The notes beneath the pieces are model-generated. The model saw only the letters and a program-made list of their open reading frames with translations. It made no database searches and was not told the origin of the DNA. Positions 12,024-23,583 of a DNA stretch of 64,000 bases are shown here, one piece after another. Every line of letters starts with the position of its first letter. Positions within the stretch are counted from its first letter, which is position 1. Source of the stretch: Tubulanus polymorphus (lineage: Eukaryota; Animalia; Nemertea); assembly GCF_964204645.1 (NCBI RefSeq), contig NC_134031.1, positions 12,464,088 through 12,528,087 of the forward strand. Reading direction: 5' to 3'. The position numbers and the translations under genes are program-made.

Positions 12024-13365
12024 CTGAAATCATAGTTCATATCAAGTTTAATATAATTGCTATCGGCAATGTATACTTAAAACATGCTAAGGTGATCTCT
12101 ACTAATGTGATGTATTATTCAAAGTAATCAACAATTTTTTAAATTTTTGAGATCATAATGGATCAAATCAATCAAACACCAGCCTTTATTCAAAAGGTCC
12201 AAACCTGTCAAAATATGGAGGAACAGAAGAGCAGTACGAAAAAAGGTTGAGAAATAATAATAATACTTAGCTTTGGAAAATGCTGCCTAGATATCCACGA
12301 TTTTTATTTAGCAAATTAACCAAATCATCATCCTTCAACTGCGAAACCTCTCTGCAAGAAAACAGAAGAAAATCAAATATATCTTTTGACTAGGGAGATT
12401 TACTAAGTATGGGCCTGCCATTTTGTGATTTTAAACAAGTACTAGATGACCCGGAGGTAGCGACGCGACTTGGGGTGGATTTGGCACCTGAACGTGTCTG
12501 GATCCACGCCACCCATTGCCAGGAAAAAGCGTCTGAACTACCTGTTTTGGTGAGGTCATCCGAAACTAGATGCTCGCTGAGAAAGGACAGGTCTGTCACA
12601 GTGCGTAAGCCTCCCGAGGCCTTGAGCACTGTAAACAGTCTCGAGTTCCAGCCCAGAGAGGACTCGTCCGGTATCTGCTAACATGTTGTAGTAATAGTGT
12701 ACTTGTTCAATTTGTTAACAATCATTTAATCTCAATTCATTTACTGGTGAAGGGAGCACATTTCTCCAATTTTGCTGTGTAATTTTGAGGTTCTGGACGA
12801 TCTCTTCCCATCGACTTGATTTCCCTAATCAGCGAGGATCTTGCTGCCAGAATCATGTTGATTTGAGCCTTGACAGCCAGTAAAATCACACGAGTCACTA
12901 ACCTAGGAACTAGATAATTCTATTCATACAGGGTCCATAGGATGTTCTTAACCCGTCGATAGGTGGCTCAGCCAGATAGAAACTTTCCCGGCTCGGGGGC
13001 CCGACTCCAGCGGGGGATAGGTAAACCCAGTCGGCCGGTCCTGGACCCGTATTTATCAATACACATCAACTCGGCTGCCACCACAGATGACTCGCCAAGA
13101 GCGTGAGCATCCTCCTTGGAGGCGGTATCTGAAGCCATGCACTCAGCCTGTTCCGCGGACTTACGAGGTTTAGGCATGGTGGCGCCATGTTTGCATAAAA
13201 CCTTTTGAATGAACGTGTAAAACGCCGGTGCTGAAAAGTTGAAACTGGTAGCGAACGAGCCCGAAGGCAGTCGGTCAAATGTTAATGGTGAACAGGAAGT
13301 GGTCAATTCGGATGGTAGAATCCAAGGCGACGACTCACTGGATCCCGGATGCGTGATGGGACCTG

Positions 13366-13510
13366 AGTAATAGGGATAATAGGGGTTCAGGCCAAAGGTC
13401 GAAGGGTCGAGCTCATAAAAAATAAATTCTCGCACACTCGAATTTATTTTTTATTTTTTACTCACTCGCCCCTTCAACCTTTAACCTGAACCCCTATTAT
13501 CCCTATTACT
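13366..13510. repeat. 145-bp terminal fold-back
   Basis: Begins AGTAATAGGGATAATAGGGGTTCAGG and ends with its exact reverse complement; imperfect pairing continues inward. Confidence 0.9.
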
Positions 13511-13765
13511 CTTAAAATATTCATATTTAAAAAGTGTGAGTAAAGTTTTAACATAATAATCTAGAAAAATAAGATCAAATATAGATTTCGAATAATAAAA
13601 AATCAATTTTCAATATAAAAAGTGTGAGTAAAGTGTGAGTAAAGTGTAAACATAAAAAATGTGAGAAAAAGTAACGAGTAATTAACGAGTTGTTAGAATT
13701 AAAATCAATTTTTAAACATAAAAAGTGTGAGTAAAGTGTGATTGAAATAATTCATATTTTAAACA

Positions 13766-14470
13766 TTGAATATTCATATTCATATGCGTTGGATTAATGT
13801 TAATAAAAGTTTTGTTATAAAAATGAAGAAAGAAGAAGAAGAACCCAAATTCAAAATCGAAATCAATGAAACAAATAAATTATTTTCACAGTTTAACATT
13901 AAAAATTATATTTCAGCAACAAATTTAGTGTATGCAAGACAATATAAAATTGATAATATTACTATGATTAATCAAATATTATCAAATGAAGCATATTTAA
14001 TTACTGAACTAGTAGATACTTTTGATAATGGAATTAAAAATACTAAAATATTTAATAATACAGTTTTAAATTTTGAAGGAACTTTAGATGAAAAGATTAA
14101 AAAAATGAATATTCTTAAAATTTCTTTCAATGAAAGAAAAAATGATATAATACTTTCAAAAGATTATAATGATTTGATTAACTTAAGAATTGAAAAAAGA
14201 CAATTATATTATTTCAATTTTGATAATAAACAAATTATCTATAATGTAAATTCATCAAATATTGGAATTCAATGTGAATCAGTTAATAATAATTCTTATA
14301 AAGATATTGCAGTTCAATGTAACTTAGATGATGAATTTAGAAAATTCAATCCTAATGAAAAAGTGTATTGTTATTGTGGTGGCAAATATTTAAAATCACA
14401 TAAATCAAATCATTATCAGACAGTTAAACATATCAATTATGGAAAGAATAATAAGTATATATTGAAATAA
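13766..14470 (+). CDS. Hypothetical protein with C-terminal zinc finger (CYCGG...HKSNHYQTVKH)
   Basis: Long ORF in very AT-rich DNA; true start probably the ATG near 13822. Confidence 0.6.
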   Translation: MNIHIHMRWINVNKSFVIKMKKEEEEPKFKIEINETNKLFSQFNIKNYISATNLVYARQYKIDNITMINQILSNEAYLITELVDTFDNGIKNTKIFNNTVLNFEGTLDEKIKKMNILKISFNERKNDIILSKDYNDLINLRIEKRQLYYFNFDNKQIIYNVNSSNIGIQCESVNNNSYKDIAVQCNLDDEFRKFNPNEKVYCYCGGKYLKSHKSNHYQTVKHINYGKNNKYILK

Positions 14471-14638
14471 GATTAAGCTGTATGTTTCAAATATATAGTA
14501 GTTAAAGCATGGAGAAATTAGTTAATGAATAACTGTTAGGTAGTAATTTTTAATTGTTATTTGATTTGAAACCTATAAGAGTTTAATATTTCTAAGATAT
14601 TAAATATTTATCAATTTAATAATTTTTTTCTTAAATAA

Positions 14639-14851
14639 ATGTATGATTTCAACATACCAACCGGAAGTAGTGATTTGAAACATTATTTAGTTGCTGGAGG
14701 TTTAATATTGGCCGCATTATACTTTTATTATGAAAATATCAGTAAGGATCTAATGAATGAAAATAATAAATTAAGTAAGAAATTAAATGGAAACAATCAC
14801 AGAAAAAATAACAATAAAAAACTTAATTTAGAAAATGATTTGGAGGATTAA
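14639..14851 (+). CDS. Small single-TM protein
   Basis: T-tract plus TAAATG start; hydrophobic YLVAGGLILAALYFYY. Confidence 0.55.
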   Translation: MYDFNIPTGSSDLKHYLVAGGLILAALYFYYENISKDLMNENNKLSKKLNGNNHRKNNNKKLNLENDLED

Positions 14852-14886
14852 AACCGCATCTTTTAATTTAATTTATTTCATATATT

Positions 14887-15099
14887 TTGACTATAAAAAT
14901 GAATGAAAATAAGGTATTAGAAATATTACATCTAATACATAAAAATCAACAGAATATTAAATCAATCATTATGATTTCAGGTTTATTTTCATTCTCAGTT
15001 TATACTATAAAACAGTTGTTAGATTTCTATGATTCTTGTAAAATTAGATACGCTGAATTAAAAGAAAAATATGAATTATCTATCAGATCGAATAAATGA
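14887..15099 (+). CDS. Small putative membrane protein
   Basis: Hydrophobic central segment, tightly packed after the previous ORF. Confidence 0.4.
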   Translation: MTIKMNENKVLEILHLIHKNQQNIKSIIMISGLFSFSVYTIKQLLDFYDSCKIRYAELKEKYELSIRSNK

Positions 15100-15199
15100 T
15101 ATTAAATGCTGTGAAATATGCAATAAAAAATATAAAAATTTAAAGAGTTTGAGGGATCATAGATATATTCATGAATTAGATGATAAACTGTATAATTCA

Positions 15200-15630
15200 A
15201 ATTAAGCAATAGACTGTTAAATTGGCTGAAATACATAAAAATAGATTATATTATAACTATTTCTATATTTAGATTAATAATTTATATTCATAATTTTTAT
15301 AAAAACTAATTTATATATCTATGTACTAGACGTACGAGTAAGAAACCAAGATTCTTGCCAAGAAAGTAAGAATTCTTGGATTCTTACTCGTACCTGTCTT
15401 ACTTAGTTTTATAAAAATGAATAAATTATATGTTTTCACTTAATGAAAGTAAAAGATAGATTATATTTTAACTATTTCTTTACTTAGATTGATAATTTAT
15501 TCATTTTTATATAATCTAAACTAATTTATATATCTAAGTACTAGACGTACGAGTAAGAAAGTAAGAAAGTAAGAATTCTTGGATTCTTGGATTCTTACTC
15601 GTACGTCTAGTACTAAATATCATAAATAGT
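15200..15630. repeat. AT-rich ~220-bp repeats with palindrome TACTAGACGTACGAGTAAGAA...TTCTTACTCGTACGTCTAGTA
   Basis: Two units near 15323 and 15538; same family as 35990-36860 and 41400-41520. Confidence 0.85.
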
Positions 15631-16208
15631 TTTATTAATATATTTCTGTTTCAATATCTATTTATCTCACAGATTTATTATAAATATTTGGAAAAGTATA
15701 AATCATATTCAATTATATATCTACATTTATCATTATTAAAAGAGTATTACAATGAATCCGCTAGATTGTTAAACTGTTTAAGTATTAAATTGTGTAGATT
15801 GTATATTCATAAACTAAATGACAAATCACGAAATAGACTGTTAAATTAGCTGAAATGTATGAAATACTGTATGAAATATTAGTTAATCAAAAACGGGGTT
15901 TTAGGTATCAATGTATTTGATACGTATTAAATACGTATTATGCTTTATTTCTAAAATTTCAGTCTCAGAAGTAATTTATTCATACATGAAATTAAATTTC
16001 TTTACATTTGACTAGGTTTCTTTAACTAATACTAAGTTAGTTGGTTTATTGTTTTTCTAGTTGAATTCTAGTCAAATGTAAAGTAATTTAATATCAATAA
16101 GATATATTAGAAAAACATTAGAAAAACAATACAATTGAATAAGTTATTATTATTTAGTCAGAGAACCTATTATAATTCTTATTTAATCTTTTCAATTCTT
16201 ATTCTCAT

Positions 16209-16400
16209 CGCGTGGATTACCCTTGTACAAAGTGGCTGGGATCGAGGTGCTGTGTGACGCGTGGATTACCCTTAGGCCTATATAAAGTGGCTGGGATCGA
16301 GGTGCTGTGTGTCGCGTGGATTACCCTTATGTAATGTTGCTAGGATTGAGGGACAGGGTTTTTCCCTGGATTACCTGTGGCTGGATCGAGGGGCTATGAG
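16209..16400. repeat. ~50-57-bp tandem repeat (CGCGTGGATTACCCTT...GGGATCGAGG), 3-4 copies
   Basis: Direct reading of the repeated units. Confidence 0.8.
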
Positions 16401-16588
16401 TATGTCGGTTTGTCAGTATGTCAGTAAAAAATGCAAAGTTTGTAGCCAAATAACTCTTTGAAAGATTTTTTTGTCATATGCCAGTTTGTCGGTATGTTGG
16501 TAGAAAGCTGAGTGCACAACAGCTGAATTACTCCTTTTTTTAAATTTACCTTCGAGTGAACTAGTCCACGCTAACCTGGACTTGAACC

Positions 16589-16842
16589 GGTCTTATTAGG
16601 ACCAGAAAGGACTCGAACGTTTCCATGCCTACATACCAAACTTCAGTTGGTAGGCATGGAAACATATTGTTAAACTTTCACATCATGGAGTCTCTTGCCT
16701 CTTTTCAACCCCTTTCAATGCACACATTTTTATCCTTATTTACATGAGGGATATCCTTCAATAAAGTGAAGGGTGGATTTAAACTCGATGTTTTAGGTCA
16801 ACTGCCTGTCCTTTCTGGTTCTAATAAGACCTTTATCAGGTC
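16589..16842. mobile_element. Partial copy of a fold-back MITE
   Basis: Shares GTCTTATTAGGAC ends and the TTTCCATGCCTAC...GTAGGCATGGAAAC centre with 17535..17896. Confidence 0.6.
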
Positions 16843-16917
16843 AAAATTTTTACCAAGACCTTTACCAACACTGACTGAACTAGGCCACCTGATGTACTCT
16901 CAAGTCAAGGTTTTTAA

Positions 16918-17360
16918 ATAGGGCAGGTGATATTTTGCCAATGGCTCGTTCTGATTGGCCGATTGACGCTGCGTATGCGCACTGAGGTGGATGACTTAGA
17001 AAATTGAAGGAAAGTGTGGAGAACAGAGTTACCTAGAGAAAATATGAGCCGGACCAGCGAATTGCGAGCGGAACGTATTCCCACTAGACCCACCGGGGTT
17101 TTCGCAATCCAGCTGTAAGTTTTGACAACATAAAGCCTCACCTTACCCTAAGCCTATCCCTAGGGGTAAAACACAACCCTAATAAAAACCTCACCCTAAC
17201 CTGGACCCTGTAACCCTATCGAAACCCTAACCCTAAACATAGATTATATTTTACGTCGTATATCTTATTATAGGCCTATATCTTATTATATTGAGCCATT
17301 GGCAAAGTAGTGTTTACTAAAATAATACCGCCGCATTGGCAAAATATCCACCTCCAACCA
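16918..17360. mobile_element. MITE-like element with internal CCCTAA-type repeats
   Basis: GATATTTTGCCAATG near 16929 is inverted as CATTGGCAAAATATC near 17334; degenerate ACCCTA repeats at 17140-17240. Confidence 0.45.
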
Positions 17361-17534
17361 TAGTTTTATGCTCCAACCAAAAAACTGACGACGGACTGGA
17401 GTTCGCCGTTGTGTAGTCTAGTACCTAGCCGTCGTTGTAGGGAACCGTAACGACTGGTATTCAGACTAATGTCTATTTCAACTCGACTTGAGAGCATATC
17501 AGGTGGCTTAGCTCAGTCAGTTTTGGTGGTACAT

Positions 17535-17896
17535 ACCTGAAACAAGTCTTATTAGGACAAGAATGCACTGGCAGTGGACCTAAAACATTGATTTTTAATC
17601 CATTCTTCACTTTATTGAAGGATATCCAAAAAGTCATCACTGAAAGGGGTTAAAAAGACAAAATCGCCTCCATGATTTGAAAGTTTAACAATATGTTTCC
17701 ATGCCTACACACCAAACTTCAGTTGGTAAGCATGGAAACATTTTTAAACTTTCAAATCATGGAGTCTCTTTTCTCTCATGAACCCCTTTCAATGAAGAAT
17801 TTTTGGATATCCTTCAATAAAGCGAAGAATGGATTAAAATGAATGTTTAAGGTCCACTGCCAGTACTTTCTGGTCCTAATAAGACTTTTATCAGGT
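17535..17896. mobile_element. ~360-bp fold-back (palindromic) MITE
   Basis: Whole element is an imperfect inverted repeat: ACCTGA..AAGTCTTATTAGGAC ... GTCCTAATAAGACTT..TCAGGT. Confidence 0.75.
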
Positions 17897-18188
17897 GAGA
17901 GAGCAAATTGGCTACTACAACCACAACATTGAATATTTTCCACTCATGTCAAGTTTAAATATAGAATGAATGGTGTGAATTTTAGTTAATTAAAGGGTGA
18001 TTTCATATCGATATGAGCTTACTGTTTTGATCAGTTCAAAAACCTGGTGAAAAAAAGATAAATTCGAGCCTTGACTATTTATGCACCGGTAGCTGCCGCC
18101 ATCTAATTAACTAACACATCAGCGTTTCAGTCGTAGCGGAGTTCGGATTTTAGATGCAACTATATTTCAACTTGGGTTGTATTCTCAC

Positions 18189-18290
18189 CTGGGGCGTAAC
18201 AGACCGGTTGATCCCATCCTCCATTTTACATTTTCGATGCTTGTCAAACATGTCAGGATCGAGATACTTCCGGGTTAAAATGGCGTCTCA
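18189..18290 (-). promoter_or_regulatory. Possible host promoter and first coding exon (MEDGINRSVTPQ)
   Basis: ETS-like ACTTCCGG and YY1-like AAAATGGCG at 18266-18284; on the minus strand aaaATG at 18224 runs to CAG|gtgaga at 18189. Confidence 0.3.
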
Positions 18291-18955
18291 TCGAATAAGC
18301 GAAACTAGGAGTAATATCAGAATCTCACTGGAATGATTGATTACAGTAAATCAGCTGGTAATCTATGAGTCGTAAATATAATCAGCAAATAAAAGGAAAT
18401 TTAAAAACCGAAGAAAAGGCATTAATTGCTGTAAGTATTGAATTAATCCGCTGATATTTACTCAGAATTCAAACAGACAACTTAATTGATACTTTTTCAT
18501 TTTGTAGGTAAGAAAAAGGGCTCAGCTGTGATAGCCATTCTGAAAGAACTTGGCCGAAGGGGGACATGCTTTGTTTATCATCCGTATGTGAAATAGATTC
18601 AGTGAATTGTTGTGTTTATGATGATGTGAAAATGACCAGTCTGAATAAAGTTTACAATAGTTGAACTCCTTGTCAGTGTTTTGTGAGATCAGATATTTGG
18701 ATCCACCGCAACATCTCTACTTATATTCTCAATACAGATAGCAAGTTGGGACAAACTTGGGTAAGACCAGTAATTCAGATCAACTGGATATTCACAATAT
18801 TTTCCTCTCCTCATGGACCAGACATGATTTTTGCTAGAAATGCAGTATAAAATTCATCACGAAAAACTCTTTTTTACTGCTATTTTATATTTATTGTCCA
18901 CTTTTAGTACAAAATCTTATTCAATATACAGACTGCCTGACAAGACGGTGACATA

Positions 18956-19050
18956 AGTAATAGGAAAATGGCGCCTTCAGACCAGAAGGTCGGAGGTCGA
19001 GCTCACTAAACCTCTCTCCCTCTAAAATGAAGCCTAAATTCCCTATTACT
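18956..19050. repeat. 95-bp terminus with short return arm
   Basis: AGTAATAGG ... CCTATTACT followed by CTTAA, as in the other termini. Confidence 0.8.
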
Positions 19051-19301
19051 CTTAATAATTTCATATAAATGAACATTATTTACATGAATTTCATTTATTT
19101 TAAAATCATTTATATGTTGATTACAAAAGTGTGAGTAAAGTGTGAGAAATAATTCATATTCTAACAGATTTCGAATAAAAATATAAGTAAAATAAATGGA
19201 TAATTAAAAGAATATAGAAGTGTGAGTGAAATAACTCATTTCATGTTATATGTAAGGGAAAAATCCCACTCATCACCACAAGTAATTTTTTTTCCTTATA
19301 A

Positions 19302-22192
19302 ATGGAGGAGAATAAGGCAGAACAAATTGATGTTAATGAAAATCAATATTATTGTACATATTGTAAAAAATACATTAATAAATCTCAAAAATCACGCCAT
19401 GAAAACGCTAAAAATCATAGAAAAAATGTTATAGATTTTGAAACTTCAGAAAATTCCAATGAAAGAAAAGAACGATTAGAAAATATGAATGTGGATGAAA
19501 TAAAATGCGAAGTTTGTCATGAATTTATAGTAAAAAGGAATTATAATAGACATCTCGAATCACAAAAACACTATCAAAATTTAAATAAAAATGTTTCAGG
19601 ATCAGAATATTTTGATGATAAACCTCAACAAGTAAAAAAATCAACCTCAAAAACTAAATCCATTTCAAATAAACCTTACATGGAAAATGTTAGAAATTAT
19701 ATCGATTCACTAGAAATAAAAGACACAATTGAAATTTTAGAAACATTATATAGTAAAATTGGTCCTGCAGCTATTATATTTAGATTTTTTAAAGGTAGAA
19801 GATTTTCAATAGAAGATTATAGTAAATTTATTGAATTCATGGAAAAAATACTAGATTTGGTAACAGATGTTGAATATAAAAAAATTAGTATTTCTGGGAA
19901 AGTAAGTTTTTTAAAGTCAGAAGATAAAATGGATTATGATATTCAAACACTCTCTGAAGAAATAATTTAAAAAACGCAAATAAAAGAGAAGTTAGAAAAA
20001 ATATTTAATGAATTTAAACGACATATTGAAGAAAGATATTTTGAGGTTTTTCGTTTAACATTGAATGAAATTATATTTTTAGATTTAAATGTTTATAATA
20101 CAAAAATGATTAAAACATCAAAAAGTAAAACAATGTTTAAAAATGATTCAAACTTTATAACAGAAAAGGATATTAAAGCATCAAGTTATATCAAATTACC
20201 ATTTACAACAAAAGCAGTAATAAATATTCAAAATGAAGATAATAAATGTTTTCTATGGTCAATTATTAGTCGCTTACATCCAACAGAAGATATTACGCAT
20301 AGATTTAGAACAACAAATTACCAGAAATATGAAAAAAAAATATAAAATTGATATCCAGTATATCCAGTAACTATAAAAATGATTCCTAAAATAGAAAATG
20401 ATAATGATTTAAAAATAAATGTATTCGAATTAATACAATTACCAAAGACAAAAGGTGAAAATATTTAAGATTATACATTAGAAGCTGTATATTTAACAAA
20501 ATATTATGATGATGAAAATGTCATGATGATTGTTATATTACAAAAAAGATGAAAATGAACATTATATGTGGTTAAAACAAATTGATTTATTCTTTAGAAC
20601 AAAAAGTGATTTCAACAGTCATCATAAAATTTATCTATCTAGAAAATGTTTATCTAAATTTAAAACTGAGAATACATTATTAAAAGATAAAGAATTATGA
20701 GATAATAAAGATTTTTGCAAATTAATAATGCCAACAGAAAAAGATTATAAATTGAAATTTACTAATCATAAATTTAAAAATATTGTTCCATTTGAAATTT
20801 ATGGGGATTTTGAATCGTTGAATAAAGAATTAACTAATCAAGATAGAAAAGAAATATATAATAAAAAGCAAATTTTAAAATCAATGGATAAAGGAAATGA
20901 ATTAAATGAAGATGTAATTCAAGATCGACCAATTATAAACACAATTAAAAAAGTTCATCAAAGAGCTGCTGCTTATGGAATTTACATAAAATCAAATTAT
21001 CCCGAATTATATCAAAGTCAATATATTCCTTTTAGAGGTGAAGATGTAGTTAATAATTTTTGTAACAAGGAATGAAATTTAAGAAAGTACATAGATATAT
21101 TGAATTTAATAAATCGAAGTGGTTAGAAAAATATATAGATTTCAATACTCAACGGAGAACCATATCAAAAACAGATTTTGAAAAAGATTTCAAATTAATG
21201 AATAATAGTTTTTATGATTTAGTGATGGTTCAGCAGGTGTGTATAAATATGTTTGGGGTAATAAATATTGTTGGTATTTATGCAATCAAGATTTGATATT
21301 ATTAGAAAGAATAAAGAAATATTGTGAAGAAGTTGATCCAAATAAAACATTTAAAATCATGGATGTTATGAAATCATCAGCAGTTTATAGAATACTTGTA
21401 AATAATCCTAAAGATTTTGCTATAAAATATAATGATGAATTCTATATTCATGCAATAGTGAAAAGTAATACTTCAACAAAAGAAAAGATAGTTCCAGATT
21501 ATGTATTAAATGCAAAAAATAATTTAAGAAAATGGTTCTTCATTGGATTCTACGCAGCAGATGGTGCTAAAAAATTAACGAGTTCTCCAGCAATATCTTT
21601 AGCTCAAAAAGGAAAAGTTGCTATATCAGGGTTAAATATATTATGTAATTAATTAGGCTTCAATATGAATATTGGATTGATTAAATCTAAACCAAATTGC
21701 TTTAATTTAAGCTGCACAGAAAAAGATTTAACTGAAGAAGTTAAAGATTTATTTGAAATATATAACCCAACAGATTATGTTTATGATTTATCAACTGAAG
21801 ATGGTACATTATTTTGATTTTAGCAATTATCCCAAAGATCATGAACTATTTAGTAATGATAATGAAAAGATTCCTGGTAAGTTTAAAGATGAATTAGGGG
21901 GTGATGAAATGATTGAATTTGTTGGGATAAGAAGTAAAATGTACAGTTATAGAACAAAAGATCATGAAGCTAAAAAGTTAAAAGGAATAACAAAGCACGT
22001 GGTTGATAAACATATAGAATTTCAAGATTATATTAAGTGTTTATATAACTCAATTGTAATGAAACACAAAATGAATTGTTTAAGATCAGAAGATCACGAG
22101 ATGCACATTAATGAAGTTGAAGTTTGAATCCATTTGATGATAAAAGGCATATTTTAGATGATGGAATAAAAACATTACCTTATGGTTATTAA
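19302..22192 (+). pseudogene. pPolB: Protein-primed PolB (copy B) with stops, frameshifts, internal deletions and intein remnant
   Basis: ExoI IYGDFES, motif B KLMNNSFY and C-terminal PGKFKDE, RSKMYSY, KKLKGI, PFDDKR. About 1.4 kb is deleted near 21062 relative to copy A. Confidence 0.93.
21221..21810 (+). mobile_element. Intein remnant with LAGLIDADG endonuclease (second copy)
   Basis: The 137-aa ORF differs from copy A at one residue and continues to DYVYDLSTEDGT before a deletion jumps to HYFDFSNYP. Confidence 0.88.
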
Positions 22193-23514
22193 AACATAAA
22201 ATCAATATCATCAAACTCGAAATCACTATTGGTTTCTTCTTTTTCATTTAATTGTTCTTGTATAATTTGTTTATGTTCTTCCATTTCATTTTTCTTATTT
22301 AAATAAAGTTCTATCTTGTACCACATTTCATCTCGCTCTCTCTTTGTTTCTTTTTGTTCGTTAATTCATCAAATGGAATCATAATATCGATGTTTAAAAA
22401 ATTTACAATCTTATTTAAAAAGAATTCATAATTAATTAAATCTGTTCTATTATCCACATAATATCTTAATATTTTTTTGAATGTTTCTTTTATATTTTCC
22501 ATATCTTCTTCTGTTAATTTAGGTTTTTTATAATAATCGTTAAATAATAAATATAAATACATTTTCTTTTCTTTTGTGTTACATGTTGATGGAATAATTG
22601 TTTTTATTATATCTTTCTTAGTTATTTAACCATTTTTATTTTATATCATTTTCATTTTTTCAAGCCATTGCTTATATTCTGGTGTATGATCTTCCATAGA
22701 AAATATCTTAAAAATTTCATCTAGATATTTTGATTTTGGTTCTATAAGAATATCTCTAGTTTTTTCATCACCCCATAAATTCTTTTGCCATCCACATTCA
22801 TTACAAAATATCACAGGACCTTCTTGTCTTAAGTACTCATAAATACATTGTGGGCATTTTTTTCTATCATTTCTTGGTTATAGATCTTCATTTAGCTCTT
22901 GGTATTTACTAACGTTTTCTTTATTTTTTATTGTTCTATTATGTAGATTTAAATTATTTGTTGTAATAATCAATTTACAATATTTACAATAATGTTTTTC
23001 TTACTAATTCATTATATTGTTTTTCTAACTTTTCAACTGCTTCTTTATTATCTGGAAACGTTTTCTCATATTTTATTTTTTCTAATAAACTATTTTTTCT
23101 TTCATTGAATTCGGTTTCAAATTAATTAGAAATTTTATCTATATGTACTTTACGAAATTGATGATTCTCCCAATCTTCTATATTTTCAGGGTTATATTTT
23201 ATTCGACAAGGCTCACAGAAATTATCTTTTATATTATCCTTATCATGGAATAAGAAAGGTCTTTTCCAAATAATTTCAGGTTCAACTTCAACAGAATTAC
23301 TATTACTTTCGTTACTATCAACATTAACCGTTGCGTCATTAATTTTACACTTCTCTGAATGTTTTTTAACATAATTTCTTGAGAATAATTTATTACAATT
23401 TGGGCAGTTAAATTTAGGGGGTTTATAATTTTCATCATGTTTTCTCATATGTCGAACCATATTACTTTTTCTGAGAAGTTCGCCGCAAATTTCACATGCT
23501 ATCTTCTCATCCAT
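22189..23514 (-). pseudogene. Multi-C2H2 zinc finger fused to a VLTF3 (poxvirus A2L)-like late transcription factor
   Basis: Manual read-through: C2H2 fingers, zinc ribbon CPQC-x13-CNECG, then RTDLINYEFFLNKIVNFLNID..PF..L...KKQRERDEMWYKIE. Four in-frame stops and two slips. Confidence 0.68.
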
Positions 23515-23583
23515 TTATTTAGGAAAGATTTTATTAAAATTAATTTTTAGTGATGAGCGATAATTTTTTTTATGTTATAAATA

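Larger units (their letters stand above)
13366..16200 (+). mobile_element. Short Maverick-family fragment or non-autonomous derivative (copy F)
   Basis: Hairpin terminus, AAAGTGTGAG repeats, AT-rich small ORFs and the family TACTAGACGTACGAG palindromes; no core genes. Right boundary approximate. Confidence 0.7.

Noticed and set aside
12390-13435. ORFs 12390..12629, 12409..12681 and 12968..13435
   Set aside because: No recognisable motif; the longest starts inside the Maverick hairpin and crosses the insertion boundary. The GC-richer DNA may be an unidentified relic.
13366-13510. 145-bp length equal to the AAV ITR
   Set aside because: Treated as coincidence: no Rep gene, no T-shaped arms, and sister termini have other lengths.
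17140-17240. Telomeric (CCCTAA)n
   Set aside because: Only a few degenerate units inside a MITE-like element.
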